Below, one piece after another: positions 9,119-20,070 of a DNA stretch of 64,000 nucleotides. Location of the stretch: positions 96,001 through 160,000 of the forward strand of contig CAWKKR010000004.1 of assembly GCA_963850305.1 (NCBI GenBank), written 5' to 3'. Every line of letters starts with the position of its first letter. Positions within the stretch are counted from its first letter, which is position 1. The notes beneath the pieces are model-generated. The model was given only the letters and a program-made list of their open reading frames with translations, was not told the DNA's origin and made no database searches. The stretch is from an uncultured delta proteobacterium. GTDB taxonomy: Bacteria > Myxococcota_A > Polyangia > Polyangiales > Polyangiaceae. Both the position numbers and the translations under genes were made by a program.

Positions 9119-10702
9119 CTACTCGGTCTGCTCCTTGGTCTTCAGGAAGCGAAGCATCTTCCACTCGCTCTCGGCCGTGTCGAGGTGCCACTTGTTGCGA
9201 GCGAGAAACACCTTGGCGCCGGTGTGGTCGTCCGCGATGCTGCCCTGATTTTCTTCGATGAACCTCTCGAGCGCCCGGCGATCGTCGGACTCGATCCAGC
9301 GCGCGGTGTAGAGGGCCGTATTCTCGAACTTCACCGGGATGTCGTACTCGGTTCGGATTCGATCCGCGAGAACGTCGAACTGCAGCGATCCCACGACGCC
9401 GACGATGAACGCGCCGCCCGCAAGCGGCTTGAAGACCCGCGCCGCACCTTCTTCCGCGAGTTGCTCGAGCGCGCGCCCGAGGTGCTTCGCGCGCATCGGA
9501 TCGTCGGGACGAACGCGCTGGAGGAGCTCCGGCGCGAAGCTCGGGATGCCGGTGAAGTGCAAGGCTTCGCCCTCCGTGAGCGCGTCGCCGATGCGTAGCT
9601 TGCCGTGATTCGGGAGACCGATGATGTCGCCGGCCCACGCCTCGTCCGCGACTTCGCGATCCTGCGCGAGGAAGAGAAGCGGATTGTGAGCCTTGATGAT
9701 CGCGCCCGTGCGCACGTGCGACAATTTCATGCCGCGCTCGAAGTGGCCGGAGCAAAGACGGACGAACGCGATGCGGTCGTGGTGCTTCGGGTCCATGTTC
9801 GCCTGGATCTTGAAGACGAAACCCGTCACCTTGGACTCGTCCGGCGACACGACACGCTCCACTGCCTTCTGCGGTCGTGGCGGCGGCGCAAACTCCGCTA
9901 GCCCGTCGAGCAACATGCGCACGCCGAAGTTGTTGACCGCGCTGCCGAAGAAGACGGGCGTCCGGTGCCCTTCGCGATAAGCAGTGACGTCGAAGTCCTT
10001 GCAGAGCCCGCGCGCCATCTCCACTCCCTGACGTAGCGTCGCGACGGCCGTCTCGGGCAGGAGCTCATCGAGCTTGCGGTCGTTCAGGCCCTCGCACGTG
10101 ACGCCCTCGTCCCGCGTGTTCTTCTGCCCGCGCTCCGTGAGCACGAGTTGATCGCGCAGCAGATCGTAACAACCGCGGAAGCTATGGCCCATGCCGATCG
10201 GCCAGCTCGCGGGAGAGACGTCCAGCGCCAGCGTTTGCTCGATCTCGTCCAGGAGATCGAACGGGTCGCGCCCCTCGCGATCCATCTTGTTGACGAAGGT
10301 GACAATCGGGACGTCACGCAGGCGGCAGACCTCGAAGAGCTTGCGCGTCTGACTCTCGATGCCCTTCCCTGCGTCGATGACCATGACGGCAGAATCGACG
10401 GCCGTGAGCGTGCGGTAGGTGTCTTCGCTGAAGTCCTCGTGGCCGGGCGTGTCGAGCAGATTGAAGGTACAGCCCGCGTAGTCGAAGCACATGGCGGAAG
10501 CGGTCACCGAAATGCCGCGCTCCTGCTCGACTTTCATCCAGTCCGACCGTGCTCGCCGCTGCTCGCCCCGTGCCTTGACGGCGCCCGCGAGCTGAATCGC
10601 CCCGCCGAAAAGGAGCAGCTTTTCCGTCAGGGTTGTCTTGCCCGCGTCAGGGTGCGAAATAATCGCGAACGTTCTGCGTTGCTGAATCGGCGCGGGGGTC
10701 AT
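9119..10702 (-). CDS. prfC: Peptide chain release factor 3
   Basis: RRTFAIISHPDAGKTTLTEKLLLFGGAI, DTPGHEDFSEDTYRTL, FKIQANMDPKHHDRIAF. Confidence 0.97.
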   Translation of the reverse strand: MTPAPIQQRRTFAIISHPDAGKTTLTEKLLLFGGAIQLAGAVKARGEQRRARSDWMKVEQERGISVTASAMCFDYAGCTFNLLDTPGHEDFSEDTYRTLTAVDSAVMVIDAGKGIESQTRKLFEVCRLRDVPIVTFVNKMDREGRDPFDLLDEIEQTLALDVSPASWPIGMGHSFRGCYDLLRDQLVLTERGQKNTRDEGVTCEGLNDRKLDELLPETAVATLRQGVEMARGLCKDFDVTAYREGHRTPVFFGSAVNNFGVRMLLDGLAEFAPPPRPQKAVERVVSPDESKVTGFVFKIQANMDPKHHDRIAFVRLCSGHFERGMKLSHVRTGAIIKAHNPLLFLAQDREVADEAWAGDIIGLPNHGKLRIGDALTEGEALHFTGIPSFAPELLQRVRPDDPMRAKHLGRALEQLAEEGAARVFKPLAGGAFIVGVVGSLQFDVLADRIRTEYDIPVKFENTALYTARWIESDDRRALERFIEENQGSIADDHTGAKVFLARNKWHLDTAESEWKMLRFLKTKEQTE

Positions 10703-10927
10703 GGCGTCCGCGCCATATCACGGCTGCGCATCGCTACCGAAACTCGCTCGAAATCCGGCGCGAAATACCGTTCGCACACGCTCCGGTTACGCTCGCACGG
10801 GAAGACGCGTCACGCCGGAACGCTCGGATGGGCTCGTTGCACCCTGCGTCGCGAAAAACGCGACGCGTCGAGGTCGTGACGAAACGCTGACAAGGAGATC
10901 GGCGTGAAATGACCGGTCGATCGGGAT

Positions 10928-11752
10928 GTGGACGCTATGCTGTGGGCGCATCTCGACCCCGAAAAGAGGTTCCACGTGATCATCATCGCGTTCTTCATTT
11001 TGCACTGGGAGCTCTCGGTCTTCTCGCAGACCTTCTTCCTGCACCGATACGGGGCGCACCGGATGTTCACGATGTCGAAGGGCTGGGAGCGCTTCTTCTA
11101 CCTGCTCACGTACATGAGCCAGGGGTCAAGCTACCTCGTGCCGCGCGGGTACGCGATCTTGCATCGCATGCACCACGCTTACAGCGACACGCCGAAGGAT
11201 CCGCACTCACCGCGGAACTATTCGAACCTGATGTCGATGATGTGGGACACGAAGCATCAGTACGATAACTTTGCGTACAACCGCGTGGAGCCCGAGCCGC
11301 GATTCAAGGGGGGCTACCCGGAGTGGCCCGCCGTCGACAAGATCGGACAGAACTGGATGATGCGCGTCGCGTGGGGCGCCGCGTACACGCTCTTCTACAT
11401 CAAGTTCGCCACGGCTCCGTGGATGTTCGCGCTCCTGCCGATCCATTACGTGATGGGTCCCGTGCACGGCGCGATCGTCAACTGGGGTGGCCACATGTAC
11501 GGCTACCGGAATTTCGACAACGGGGACGACTCGAAGAACACCCTTGCGTTCGATTTTCTCACCGGAGGCGAGCTCTTCCAGAACAACCACCACAAGTTCG
11601 GCATGAGCCCGAACTTCGCGGCCCGCTGGTTCGAAATCGATCCGACGTACTACGTCATCCGGGCGCTCTCGGCGCTCCGCATCCTCGACACGAGCGGCGC
11701 GCAGCAGATCCGGTACCCGGCCGAGCGCACGGTCACGGCGGAGTCTACCTGA
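10928..11752 (+). CDS. Acyl-CoA (delta-9-type) fatty acid desaturase
   Basis: His boxes HRYGAH, HRMHH..D...DPHSP and QNNHH. Confidence 0.9.
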   Translation: MDAMLWAHLDPEKRFHVIIIAFFILHWELSVFSQTFFLHRYGAHRMFTMSKGWERFFYLLTYMSQGSSYLVPRGYAILHRMHHAYSDTPKDPHSPRNYSNLMSMMWDTKHQYDNFAYNRVEPEPRFKGGYPEWPAVDKIGQNWMMRVAWGAAYTLFYIKFATAPWMFALLPIHYVMGPVHGAIVNWGGHMYGYRNFDNGDDSKNTLAFDFLTGGELFQNNHHKFGMSPNFAARWFEIDPTYYVIRALSALRILDTSGAQQIRYPAERTVTAEST

Positions 11753-11786
11753 CGCGCGAGCGCGGTGAGGCCGAGCGCCGCCGGCT

Positions 11787-12260
11787 CTAGCGGCCGGCGT
11801 CGGGGCTTCGTGCGGCATCGCTCGCCGCGTCGCTCGCGGCGTCCTCGCGCCCGGCGTCCTGCACGCTGGAGCTTCTCGCGTCGCGATCGGACGCGTCCGC
11901 GATAGAATTGCCGCCGCCGGTGCCGCTGAGCCCGCCCGCGCCGCCCGTGTCCGGGAACAGATTGACGCAGGTGCCGAAACCCACGTTGACGCCGCACTGA
12001 CCGTCATTGGTGCAGCAGGCCGGGAGCGGCCCGGCTCCGGGACAGCGTTCAAGCGCGCAACCCGACGAGACGCCGCCGGAGCCGGCGGCTCCCCCCGAGC
12101 TTGCCCCACCCGATGACGTTCCCGCGTCCGAACGAGCGGTCGCGACGGAAGCGACGCGATACGGCACCGTGAACTCCGAGCCGTCGGACGACGTGCATCC
12201 AGCCACGACGAACAGCAGCGCCAACGTGCTCACACCGGGGAGACTGCTCACGCCGGCCAT
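11787..12260 (-). CDS. Small Cys-rich lipoprotein, hypothetical
   Basis: Lipobox VAGC, G/S linker, CALERC..ACC..GQCG..CV module, DAS/DAG-rich tail. Confidence 0.6.
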   Translation of the reverse strand: MAGVSSLPGVSTLALLFVVAGCTSSDGSEFTVPYRVASVATARSDAGTSSGGASSGGAAGSGGVSSGCALERCPGAGPLPACCTNDGQCGVNVGFGTCVNLFPDTGGAGGLSGTGGGNSIADASDRDARSSSVQDAGREDAASDAASDAARSPDAGR

Positions 12261-12306
12261 TCTTGCACGATCCGGCCCGGATTGCGCCGTTGGCTGAACC
12301 AAAAGC

Positions 12307-13065
12307 TCAAATGCCGACGTCTGCGGTGATGCCGCCATCGGCGACGATGGCCGCGCCGTTCACGTGTCTCGCATCCTCCGACACGAGGAAGCGGACGAGG
12401 GCCGCGATCTCGGTCGGCTCGGCGAGTCGTCGCGCCGGAGTTCGCGCGAGAATGCGTTCACGATGACCGGGGCGCGCCTCGGGCTGCGCGCCCATCCGCG
12501 TTTCGACGTAGCCCGGGCAGACCGCGTTGCATGTGATGCCGTGCTCGGCCCACTCGACTGCGACGGCGCGGGCGTACCCCACGACCGCGTGCTTGCTCGC
12601 GACGTAGGTCGACGATAGCCGCGCCCCGAGCAGCCCCTGGATCGACGCGATATGCACGATGCGTCCGAACCCGCGAGCGGCCATCGACGGCAGGAGGGCC
12701 CGCGTCAATAGGAACGCGCCCCGGACGTTCGTCGCGAACACCCGTTCCCATTCTTCGACGGACACTTCATCCGCGCGGTGAAACGGACCCCCGATCCCTG
12801 CGGCGTGGACCAGAACCGCCGCGTCGCCGAGCCCGGCGCGAGCGAGCGCGAGCGCCTGCGCGACGGCGGCCTCGTCCGAGACGTCGCAAGCGAACGCAAG
12901 CGCTCGCCCCCCGCGCCGAGCGATCGTCTCTGCAACGGCCTCGGCGCGGGCGCCGTCCAGATCCAGCACAGCAACGGCGTTCCCGTCCTCGGCAAGCCCC
13001 CCGGCAATCGCGCTTCCGATACCGCCCCCGGCGCCAGACACGATCGCTACACGTCCGGGGTTCAT
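12307..13065 (-). CDS. SDR family oxidoreductase
   Basis: SGAGGGIG, HAAG, YVASKH, CPGYVET. Confidence 0.9.
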   Translation of the reverse strand: MNPGRVAIVSGAGGGIGSAIAGGLAEDGNAVAVLDLDGARAEAVAETIARRGGRALAFACDVSDEAAVAQALALARAGLGDAAVLVHAAGIGGPFHRADEVSVEEWERVFATNVRGAFLLTRALLPSMAARGFGRIVHIASIQGLLGARLSSTYVASKHAVVGYARAVAVEWAEHGITCNAVCPGYVETRMGAQPEARPGHRERILARTPARRLAEPTEIAALVRFLVSEDARHVNGAAIVADGGITADVGI

Positions 13066-13769
13066 CGAGAAAGGATGCCCTTCGGCGGCGCGATGCGGAT
13101 CTCGTCCACGCGCACGGTAGGCGACAGCGAGAGCAGGTGCACGACCGACGCCGCGACGTCCTCGACGGACAGCATCTCTTCTCGAGCGTACCCTTCGCGA
13201 CCGTTCCAGATGCCGGTCGCGACGGCACCGAGCGTGACGACGGTTCCGAACACGCCGTGCGCCTTGCCCTCCTCGGTCAAGATCTCGGAAAACCCGCGAG
13301 CGCCGTACTTGGAGGCGCCGTAGGCCGCAGAATCCGCGAGCGGGACACGCCCGGCGACCGAACCGATGGTGACGACCCGGCCGCCTCGCGCGCGTTTCAT
13401 GCGCCTGAACGCCTCGCGGGAACACAGGAAGACGCCCGCCAGGTTCGTGTCGAGCGTGGCGCGAAACTCCTCCAGCGTCAGCGACTCGATGGGCTTGAAC
13501 ACGCCGGTTCCGGCATTGTTCACGAGCGCGTCGATGCGCCCTGCAGCGCCGTCGAGCCATTGGAAGAACTTCGTGACGCTACGTTCATCGGTGACGTCGA
13601 GTGCCGCCTCGACGACGGAACCCGGGCGAGGCTCCGCGCGGGGCGCGGTGAAAGAGCGGGCGCCCGAGACCACCGCAGCTCCCGCGTTCGCGGTAGCAAC
13701 GGCGATGCCGCGACCGATACCGCGAGAACCGCCCGTGACCACGACGACCTTGCCGGAGAGGACATCCAC
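13062..13769 (-). CDS. SDR family oxidoreductase
   Basis: TGGSRGIG, NNAG, YGASK. ATGA overlap with the next SDR gene. Confidence 0.9.
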   Translation of the reverse strand: MDVLSGKVVVVTGGSRGIGRGIAVATANAGAAVVSGARSFTAPRAEPRPGSVVEAALDVTDERSVTKFFQWLDGAAGRIDALVNNAGTGVFKPIESLTLEEFRATLDTNLAGVFLCSREAFRRMKRARGGRVVTIGSVAGRVPLADSAAYGASKYGARGFSEILTEEGKAHGVFGTVVTLGAVATGIWNGREGYAREEMLSVEDVAASVVHLLSLSPTVRVDEIRIAPPKGILSR

Positions 13770-13883
13770 TGGTGCACTTTACGCCGCAAAGATTCGCGGC
13801 GCACCGCATCACTCGGACGCCACCTAGCGGTCGTAGAAAGGCTCTTGTCTCGCTGGGCCCCGTGGGTGTTGACTCCGCTCCCC

Positions 13884-14153
13884 ATGAAACGCGAGAAGCG
13901 CCTCACGAAGCGAGAACGAAAAGCCGCCGGCCAGGAACATTCGCACGATCACCAGCACATTCATTGCATCGTGTGTGGAAGGCACATCGAGCCGGATGAG
14001 TTCGCTGCATCCCCGGCCACCGCACGGATCCTGGCCTGCCAGCATGGCTCGAAGTTCCCCTCCTGCGCGGGCTGCGTCGAACCGGGGCAGAGACTCCTGG
14101 ACGAGCACGACCGCACGGGCGAGCCAGTGAAGACCGCCGGTGCTTGGCATTGA
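13884..14153 (+). CDS. Small His/Cys-rich putative metal-binding protein
   Basis: MKREKRLTKRERK, HSHDHQHIHCIVC, CQHG, CAGC. 89 aa with GC3-rich codons. Confidence 0.65.
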   Translation: MKREKRLTKRERKAAGQEHSHDHQHIHCIVCGRHIEPDEFAASPATARILACQHGSKFPSCAGCVEPGQRLLDEHDRTGEPVKTAGAWH

Positions 14154-14371
14154 CGGCTGCGGTTCGATCCCCGCCCGTAGCTTGCCTGTGACGATTTCAT
14201 TCGCCGCGGATTGACGGCTCAGTCCGACCTGCACGGAGCATCCAAACGAATGCCCCTTCAGAAATCTGGTGAAGCCGATGCTCAGAATGAACGGCGTCGC
14301 CAGAAATTCGATGAAAGCTCGATTCAGATCGGAGCTGGCGCGCAATCGGCGACTGGCAGTTCGATGCGCGA

Positions 14372-15142
14372 TCAACCGATGGTCAGAGGTTGACCGGCAT
14401 TCCGGACTACCCCTAACCGACCCTCCGCAATCCGGGTGATCGCGACGATCTTCTCGAAGTCCGAGGCTCGAAAAGCGTGGTCGGGGCGCCCGAGTTCGAC
14501 GAGCGCGTAGAGGCGGTCCGCGCATACTAGTGGCGTCATCGCGACGCCGCTGCACGCCGGAAAGGCACCGAGCCGGTTCCTCACCGTCCATGACGGCGCG
14601 TCGGGGTCCGGCTCCTCGCAGAGGCTCCTTCCCTCGAAAGCGAGCAGCGCCGCGGGATCGTCGAACGGAATCTTGCGTCCGACTCGCCGCGTCGACTTCG
14701 GCCCGGACGTGCAGACCGTCACGAAGCCCGAGCGCGGCGCCCCCCGGCGATGAATCGCTCCGACCCATGCGCCCGTCGTGCGCATCGCTTCCATCAGGCA
14801 TTCGCGGAGCACGTCGCTGGGGTCGTTCGCGCGATGCAGACGCTGCTCGAACGCCTCGAACGGCGACGGCGCGGCGGGCACTTCACGCCAGCGCGCCGGC
14901 TCGATCATCACGTCGCCGCCCGACGCCTGCGCGCGCCGGAGCGCCGCAACTTCGCGAATCCGCTCGACGCTGCGCCAGGTGCTCCATTTTCGCTCGCGCA
15001 CCATGCAATCCGCAGGAACGCGCTCGTGCAAGACGCCGCGGACGAGCAAATTGGTCGTGACCGGCCCGACCGTGACGTCACCGTTCGTCACGAACCAGAG
15101 CGGCGGGGCTTTCTTGTGAAGTAGAACGTGAGCGGTCTGCAT
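14372..15142 (-). CDS. GYF_2 (DUF4339)-like plus GAF-like domain protein
   Basis: WFVTNGDVTVGPV..VRERKWSTWRSVERIRE at the N-terminus. C-terminal GVAMTPLVCADRLYALVELGR..F...D is GAF-like. Confidence 0.65.
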   Translation of the reverse strand: MQTAHVLLHKKAPPLWFVTNGDVTVGPVTTNLLVRGVLHERVPADCMVRERKWSTWRSVERIREVAALRRAQASGGDVMIEPARWREVPAAPSPFEAFEQRLHRANDPSDVLRECLMEAMRTTGAWVGAIHRRGAPRSGFVTVCTSGPKSTRRVGRKIPFDDPAALLAFEGRSLCEEPDPDAPSWTVRNRLGAFPACSGVAMTPLVCADRLYALVELGRPDHAFRASDFEKIVAITRIAEGRLGVVRNAGQPLTIG

Positions 15143-15282
15143 GGATCCGGACCTCGCTTTCCACATTGTCCGTCGCCGGCTCCGGTGGGGCCAAAGAATG
15201 GACTAAGAGCGCGTCCGAGGACGAACCCCGGTCGGCAGATCTCGGTCGAATAGCGAATCGCCGGGCGTGCCGGCTGTGCGGC

Positions 15283-18200
15283 TCAGAGCGGCACGAGTCG
15301 CGACTTCGCGCTGATTTTCACGAGCGCGACGCGCATCCGCTGCCCGTCGAGAACGAACGGCACCGAGCGGCGTTCGCCCGCCGCCGTGATGTCGACGGAG
15401 CCACGGACGGTGCGGGTGTGTCCCTCGGGTCGCGTGACTTCCACGACGTAGTCGCCGGGCGCGCCGCCTTGAAGCGCGAGCCCTTCACGGCTGGTGCTCT
15501 CGACGTCGCGCGCCGTGATGATCGCCTTCGTCGGCGCGCCGAGCCACGACACGCGATTGCCGTCCGACGGCAAGAGCGACAGATCGAGGTCGTCACCGCT
15601 GTCCCACGTGGCCTGTAGACGCAGATCGCCAAGGAGTGCGGACGCATCGGGCGCCGGAACCGCGAGAAGAGCGTCCGCGGCGGTTCGCGTCGCGTCACTC
15701 GCGGCCGCCGTCAAGGCACTCGCGACGTCGGCGTTTCCGAGGTCGCGCTCGCACCGGACGGCTTCCTCGAGCAGCCTGGCGTCCGTCGAGCGGATCTGCG
15801 CAATCGCCAGCGAGTTCCGGCAGCCAAGCGCGGCCTGTCCTGCCCAGCGACGCAGCCGCGCGAGCCTCCACTGCGCCTTGTGATCGCCTGGACGCACGTC
15901 CACCACGCTGCCGAGAATGCGAATCGCGAGCTCGCGTTCGCCGCGCGCCGCGGCAACGTCGGCACGCGCCGTCAACGCGTCGGGGTCGAGCGGGTCCTTG
16001 GCGGACCACTCTTCCGCGACATGACTCGCGCGGTCCACGTCGCCGCTCAGGAAGTACAGCGTGTAGAGCCGCTTCACGGCGTCGCGATCCAGGGCGTTCG
16101 CCGCGGCGTCGCGCTCGGCTCGCGCGATCGCCTCGGGCGTCACCGAGGCGGGCAGCGTCGTGGACGTCACGATCCGTCCGATGCGCTCCCATATCTTCCG
16201 CATCGGAACGTAGCGACGTGGCCAGTACCGCTCCGGCACCTCGGGCTCGAGCGGCGACGGATCGCCGGGTGGCATGAGCATGGGCCTGTCGTCCGTCCTC
16301 CTCAGCGGAGCGCCGGCGGGCGGCGGCGGTGCATAAGCGTGAGCCAGTGCGCCGTCCTCCGCCTCCGAGGCTCGAGCGCGCATCGCCGGCTCCGCGGCCG
16401 CGGACGCAGGCGCCGCTTTTGGCATCGCCGCTCCGGATCCGGAGGCTAATCCTCCGCCGGCTGCCTCCTTTTCATCCCGGTCTCCCGCGTACGCCTCGGT
16501 GCTCCCCACCTCGTCTTTCTTGGCAGTAGCTTCGGGAAGATTTTGTTGCTCCGGATCACGCACGGCGGTTTCACCGTCGGCGCCGGTGCTCACGGCGTCG
16601 TCGTCTCCCGTGTAGACGGCGGGCTGTTCGTCCTGGTGCAAACCGAAGGCGCGGAACATCGCCGCGCTCTCGAGCACCATGAGCGACGTGTACCGGCTCG
16701 CCACGTGGAACCGCCGAGACAGCTCGACCGCGCGCGCGCGGCTCGCAGCGTCGGATTCGTCCTCGAGATCGGCGAGCTCTGCTGCGGCCCAGAGGCGCGG
16801 CACGAACGCGTTGCCCTTCGCCGTCGTGGCTTCGACGTGGAGCGGGTAGCGTTGCTCGAACGGCGCTCCGGCGATTGTTCCGCGCAGCGTGAGCGTGCCG
16901 TCGATGTTCGGACGCGTCATGCGCGCGACGATCATCGTCTCGCCGCCGGCCGCGATCGTCGCGAGCCGCATCGGCGCGACCGCGACGAGTCCGTCGGGGA
17001 GCGCGACGCTCGGGTCGGCGAGCGTGGTCCCGTACGCCGCCCCGAGCACCGCGTACGCGACGTCGAGCGGCGCCTGCCCCGGCACAAACGGCACGACGGC
17101 CCCGCCGCCGGCCTGGGCCATCGTGCGGAGCGTCGCGACGTCCGCGTCGGAACCGATGGCGACCGCGCTCACGGTGCCCGCGCCGCGCGGAACCGCGGCC
17201 TCGACCTCGCGCCGCATGAACGCGGCCGACACGGGTCCGATCGTGGGAGTGCCATCACCAATGTAAATCACACGCGCGGCTCCCGCCGGCGCGTCGCGGA
17301 TCGCGTCGCGCCCGTTCTTTATCGCTAGCCCCAGGTCGGAACCGCCCTCGGGCGTGATGCCGCGCAGGAAATCGGAGACGGCGCGAGCCGCATCGTCGCC
17401 GGGGCTCACGACGTGCGAGGGCAGCTCGCGACACGTCGAATCGCACGCGAGAACCGTGACGCGATCGTCCGGGTCGAGCTCGCGAACGACCCTCGACGCG
17501 AGCTCGGACGCGCGGAGATACCGCTCGCCGAACATCGAACGGCTCGAGTCGACCACGAGCGCGAACTCGCGGAAGGTCCGATCTTCGGCGCGCGGCAGCC
17601 TCGGCTGAAGGGCGATCGCGACGTACGGTGCGCCCCCACCCAGATCGCCCGAGCCCGGAAGGTCCGCTGGCAACGCGGCCGCGCCCACCCCGCTCTGCGG
17701 CGGGGCCGCGAACTCGCCGGGACCCGGCTGATACGCCCACGCAGTGAGCTCCTGCGCGGGGTTCGGGAGCGAATACTCGAATCGACAGATCTCCGTTCGG
17801 CGTGAACCCGTTTGCGGAGAACGAGAGTGACGTCGCGCCCCCGGGCGCCGGCTCTTGCCGGAGGGCATAGCCGTGTGAGCGAACGCCGGCTGCCGGATCG
17901 TTGCCCCGCACCTGGATGTCCACGTCGAAATGACCGACGCGCGTGGAACCACTCGGATCGCGCGGGAGCGGATACACGTACCTGCGGGTGGCACCCGACG
18001 ACGAGATCACCTGCGTGTACGCGAGCACGATGTGTCGCGAACCCCGCCTCGGAATCGGGTAAATCCGGAGTTCGAAGCGCCCCCCGCGTTGCCACTCGAG
18101 CAGCGCCGGGTCTCGCCACGGACCCGGCACCCAGACGATCTCTTCGCCCGCGGGCTTCTTGCCGCCCGCATTTACGATCGCACCGTTCCAGATGGCGGCG

Positions 18201-19923
18201 GCGCGGTTGCGATCGACGAACGCACCATCCACGAGCTTGCCGTCCACGTCGAGCGCGAGACGTTCGATCTGGGCATCGGGCGGGAGCGGAAACCGGTAGA
18301 TGCCCTCGAGCACCTCGTCGGTCGAGTTCGTGAACGTCTCGTCTATCTCGGTACGCGCGATGTTGCCGACGATGCGCACGCGCGTGGTATGCGACGCGAG
18401 CGAAACCGCGCCGGTGCGCTCGCGATCCTGACCGGGCTTCTTTCCGCGAAGCTCACCGAGCCCTTGCATGTCCTCGTCGTTCACCGGTGCGGGAAGAAAT
18501 GCGCGCTCGCTCCAGTTCGCGCCGCTGCCGAGTGTCGCCGTCGGGTAGGACTCCGGCGGCGCGTTACCCTCGATGCGTCCCGCCTCCCCCGCGTGCACGC
18601 CGATGCCGCGTTCCGCGGCGTCGACGAGCCGGAGCGTCCCTCGCACGACTTCGACCGCGGTCCGCCGCGAGTCCGCCGAGGAATCGACGCCTTTGCCGCT
18701 TCCATCTCGACGAAGCCGAGCGGCGTGTCGACTCGGGCGCGACTCTGTCCAGCCCGCACGATATCGACGACGAGAGAGCCGCGATCGAGCCGCGCGCGGC
18801 GTGGCTGATCCCCGTCCAGGTGCAGTTCGCTGTCCTCGTCGAGCACGAACCGCGATCCGTCGCGGAGCATGATGGCGATCCGGGTGCTCGCATCCGTCCT
18901 CAACACCGAACCGGCGGGCACGTCGTCTCCGCGATCGGTCGGACTGCAAACGACCCGATCCGGGCTGCAGCGTTCCACGCCGGAACCATCGCCGAATGCG
19001 CGCGCGACGTCGGTGACCTTGCCGCTCCAAGCGTCGTCGGAATAGCGAGTCGCGTCGGCACGCCTGCGAACGACGTACCAGCCGAACAGGACCGCAAGGA
19101 CGACACCGAGACCCACGAGACGGCGGCGCGCCGACGTGGTCGGCGGCACGGGAGCGGCGGGGGCAGCAGGAGCGGCGGCGGGAGTTGGCGCGCCTTCGGC
19201 TGCGGGTGAAGGAGATCCGGCGGCCGCCCGTCGGGGCGGCGAGACGGGTGCGCTCTGCGGACCGAGGGACGCGACGACGGCGTCGGTGCACGCGTCGATA
19301 TCCACGCTATGAGCCGCTTCGAGGGTTCCCAGGCGCTGGATCGCTTGCTCCACATCGTGCACGCGATCGCGCGACACGTCGTCTTCCGCCACGAAGTCGG
19401 CAATTCTGTCCGGGGCGATTCCGTCGATGATATCGGCGAGGTGCTCCGTGACGTCACCGCGCCGCGCGGCGACCTCGGACGACTCCGCGTCGTCGCTTGC
19501 CGGCCACGGCGCGACTTCCGCGAGCGCTCTCGAGATGCGCGCTCGCGCCGTGTGCTCGTCCACTGCGCACGCAGATGCGACGTCTGAGACGCTGAGACCG
19601 GCTACGTACCGAAGAACGAGTGCATCGCGTTCACTCGGCCGAACGCGGAGCAGAGCCGCGCGCAAGCCGTCGCCGGGAGATTCCGAAGACGCCCGCCGAA
19701 CCTGGGCGCAACGCTTCCTAATGGCAGCGAAAAGACGCGGGCGGGAGAGTGCCTCCGCGTCACCGGTTTCTGCCATTCCGCAAGCCGAGCCGAGAACCTC
19801 GAGCGCGAGGGCACGCGCGTCGTAGCCCAGCGCCGCGCACGCGAATCGCACCAGCCCTAACGCGTCTCGCTCGACCGCAAGCCGCAACTCCAGCCGCACG
19901 TCCGAAACCCTGCCATCTTCCAT
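15283..19923 (-). CDS. Fused ECF sigma-like / anti-sigma-like / TM / FecR / VIT / VWA / TPR protein (~1,545 aa), split by two apparent frameshifts
   Basis: Joins ORFs 18481..19923, 17255..19291 and 15283..17994 at ~18681 and ~17781. Sigma4 ERDALVLRY..GLSVSDVA..TARARISRA; TM LVGLGVVLAVLFGWYVV; FecR LRTD..IMLRDGSRFVLDEDSEL; VIT ARTEIDETFTN..LEGIYRFPLP..DPALLEW; VWA MIDAS DSSRS and GDG; TPR-like helices. Confidence 0.75.
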
Positions 19924-20070
19924 CCGAGGCTCCCGTCCCGCGCCGCTCTGACGCTATCGTCATCGTACGAACCAGGGCCGCGAACAATCCATGAAACGTC
20001 CCCCGTCCCTCAAAAGCCCCCTACTCCGACCTCTCCGTACACCGGACTTCACCGCAAATACCGACCGTAC

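Noticed and set aside
12307..13769. Apparent 417-aa SDR or a fused double SDR
   Set aside because: These are two separate SDR genes in different frames with an ATGA overlap at 13062-13065.
14157..14182. tRNA T-arm-like sequence GCGGTTCGATCCCCGC
   Set aside because: The stem pairs fully only if a G is added. There is no acceptor stem, D-arm, anticodon arm or CCA, and the upstream sequence is coding.
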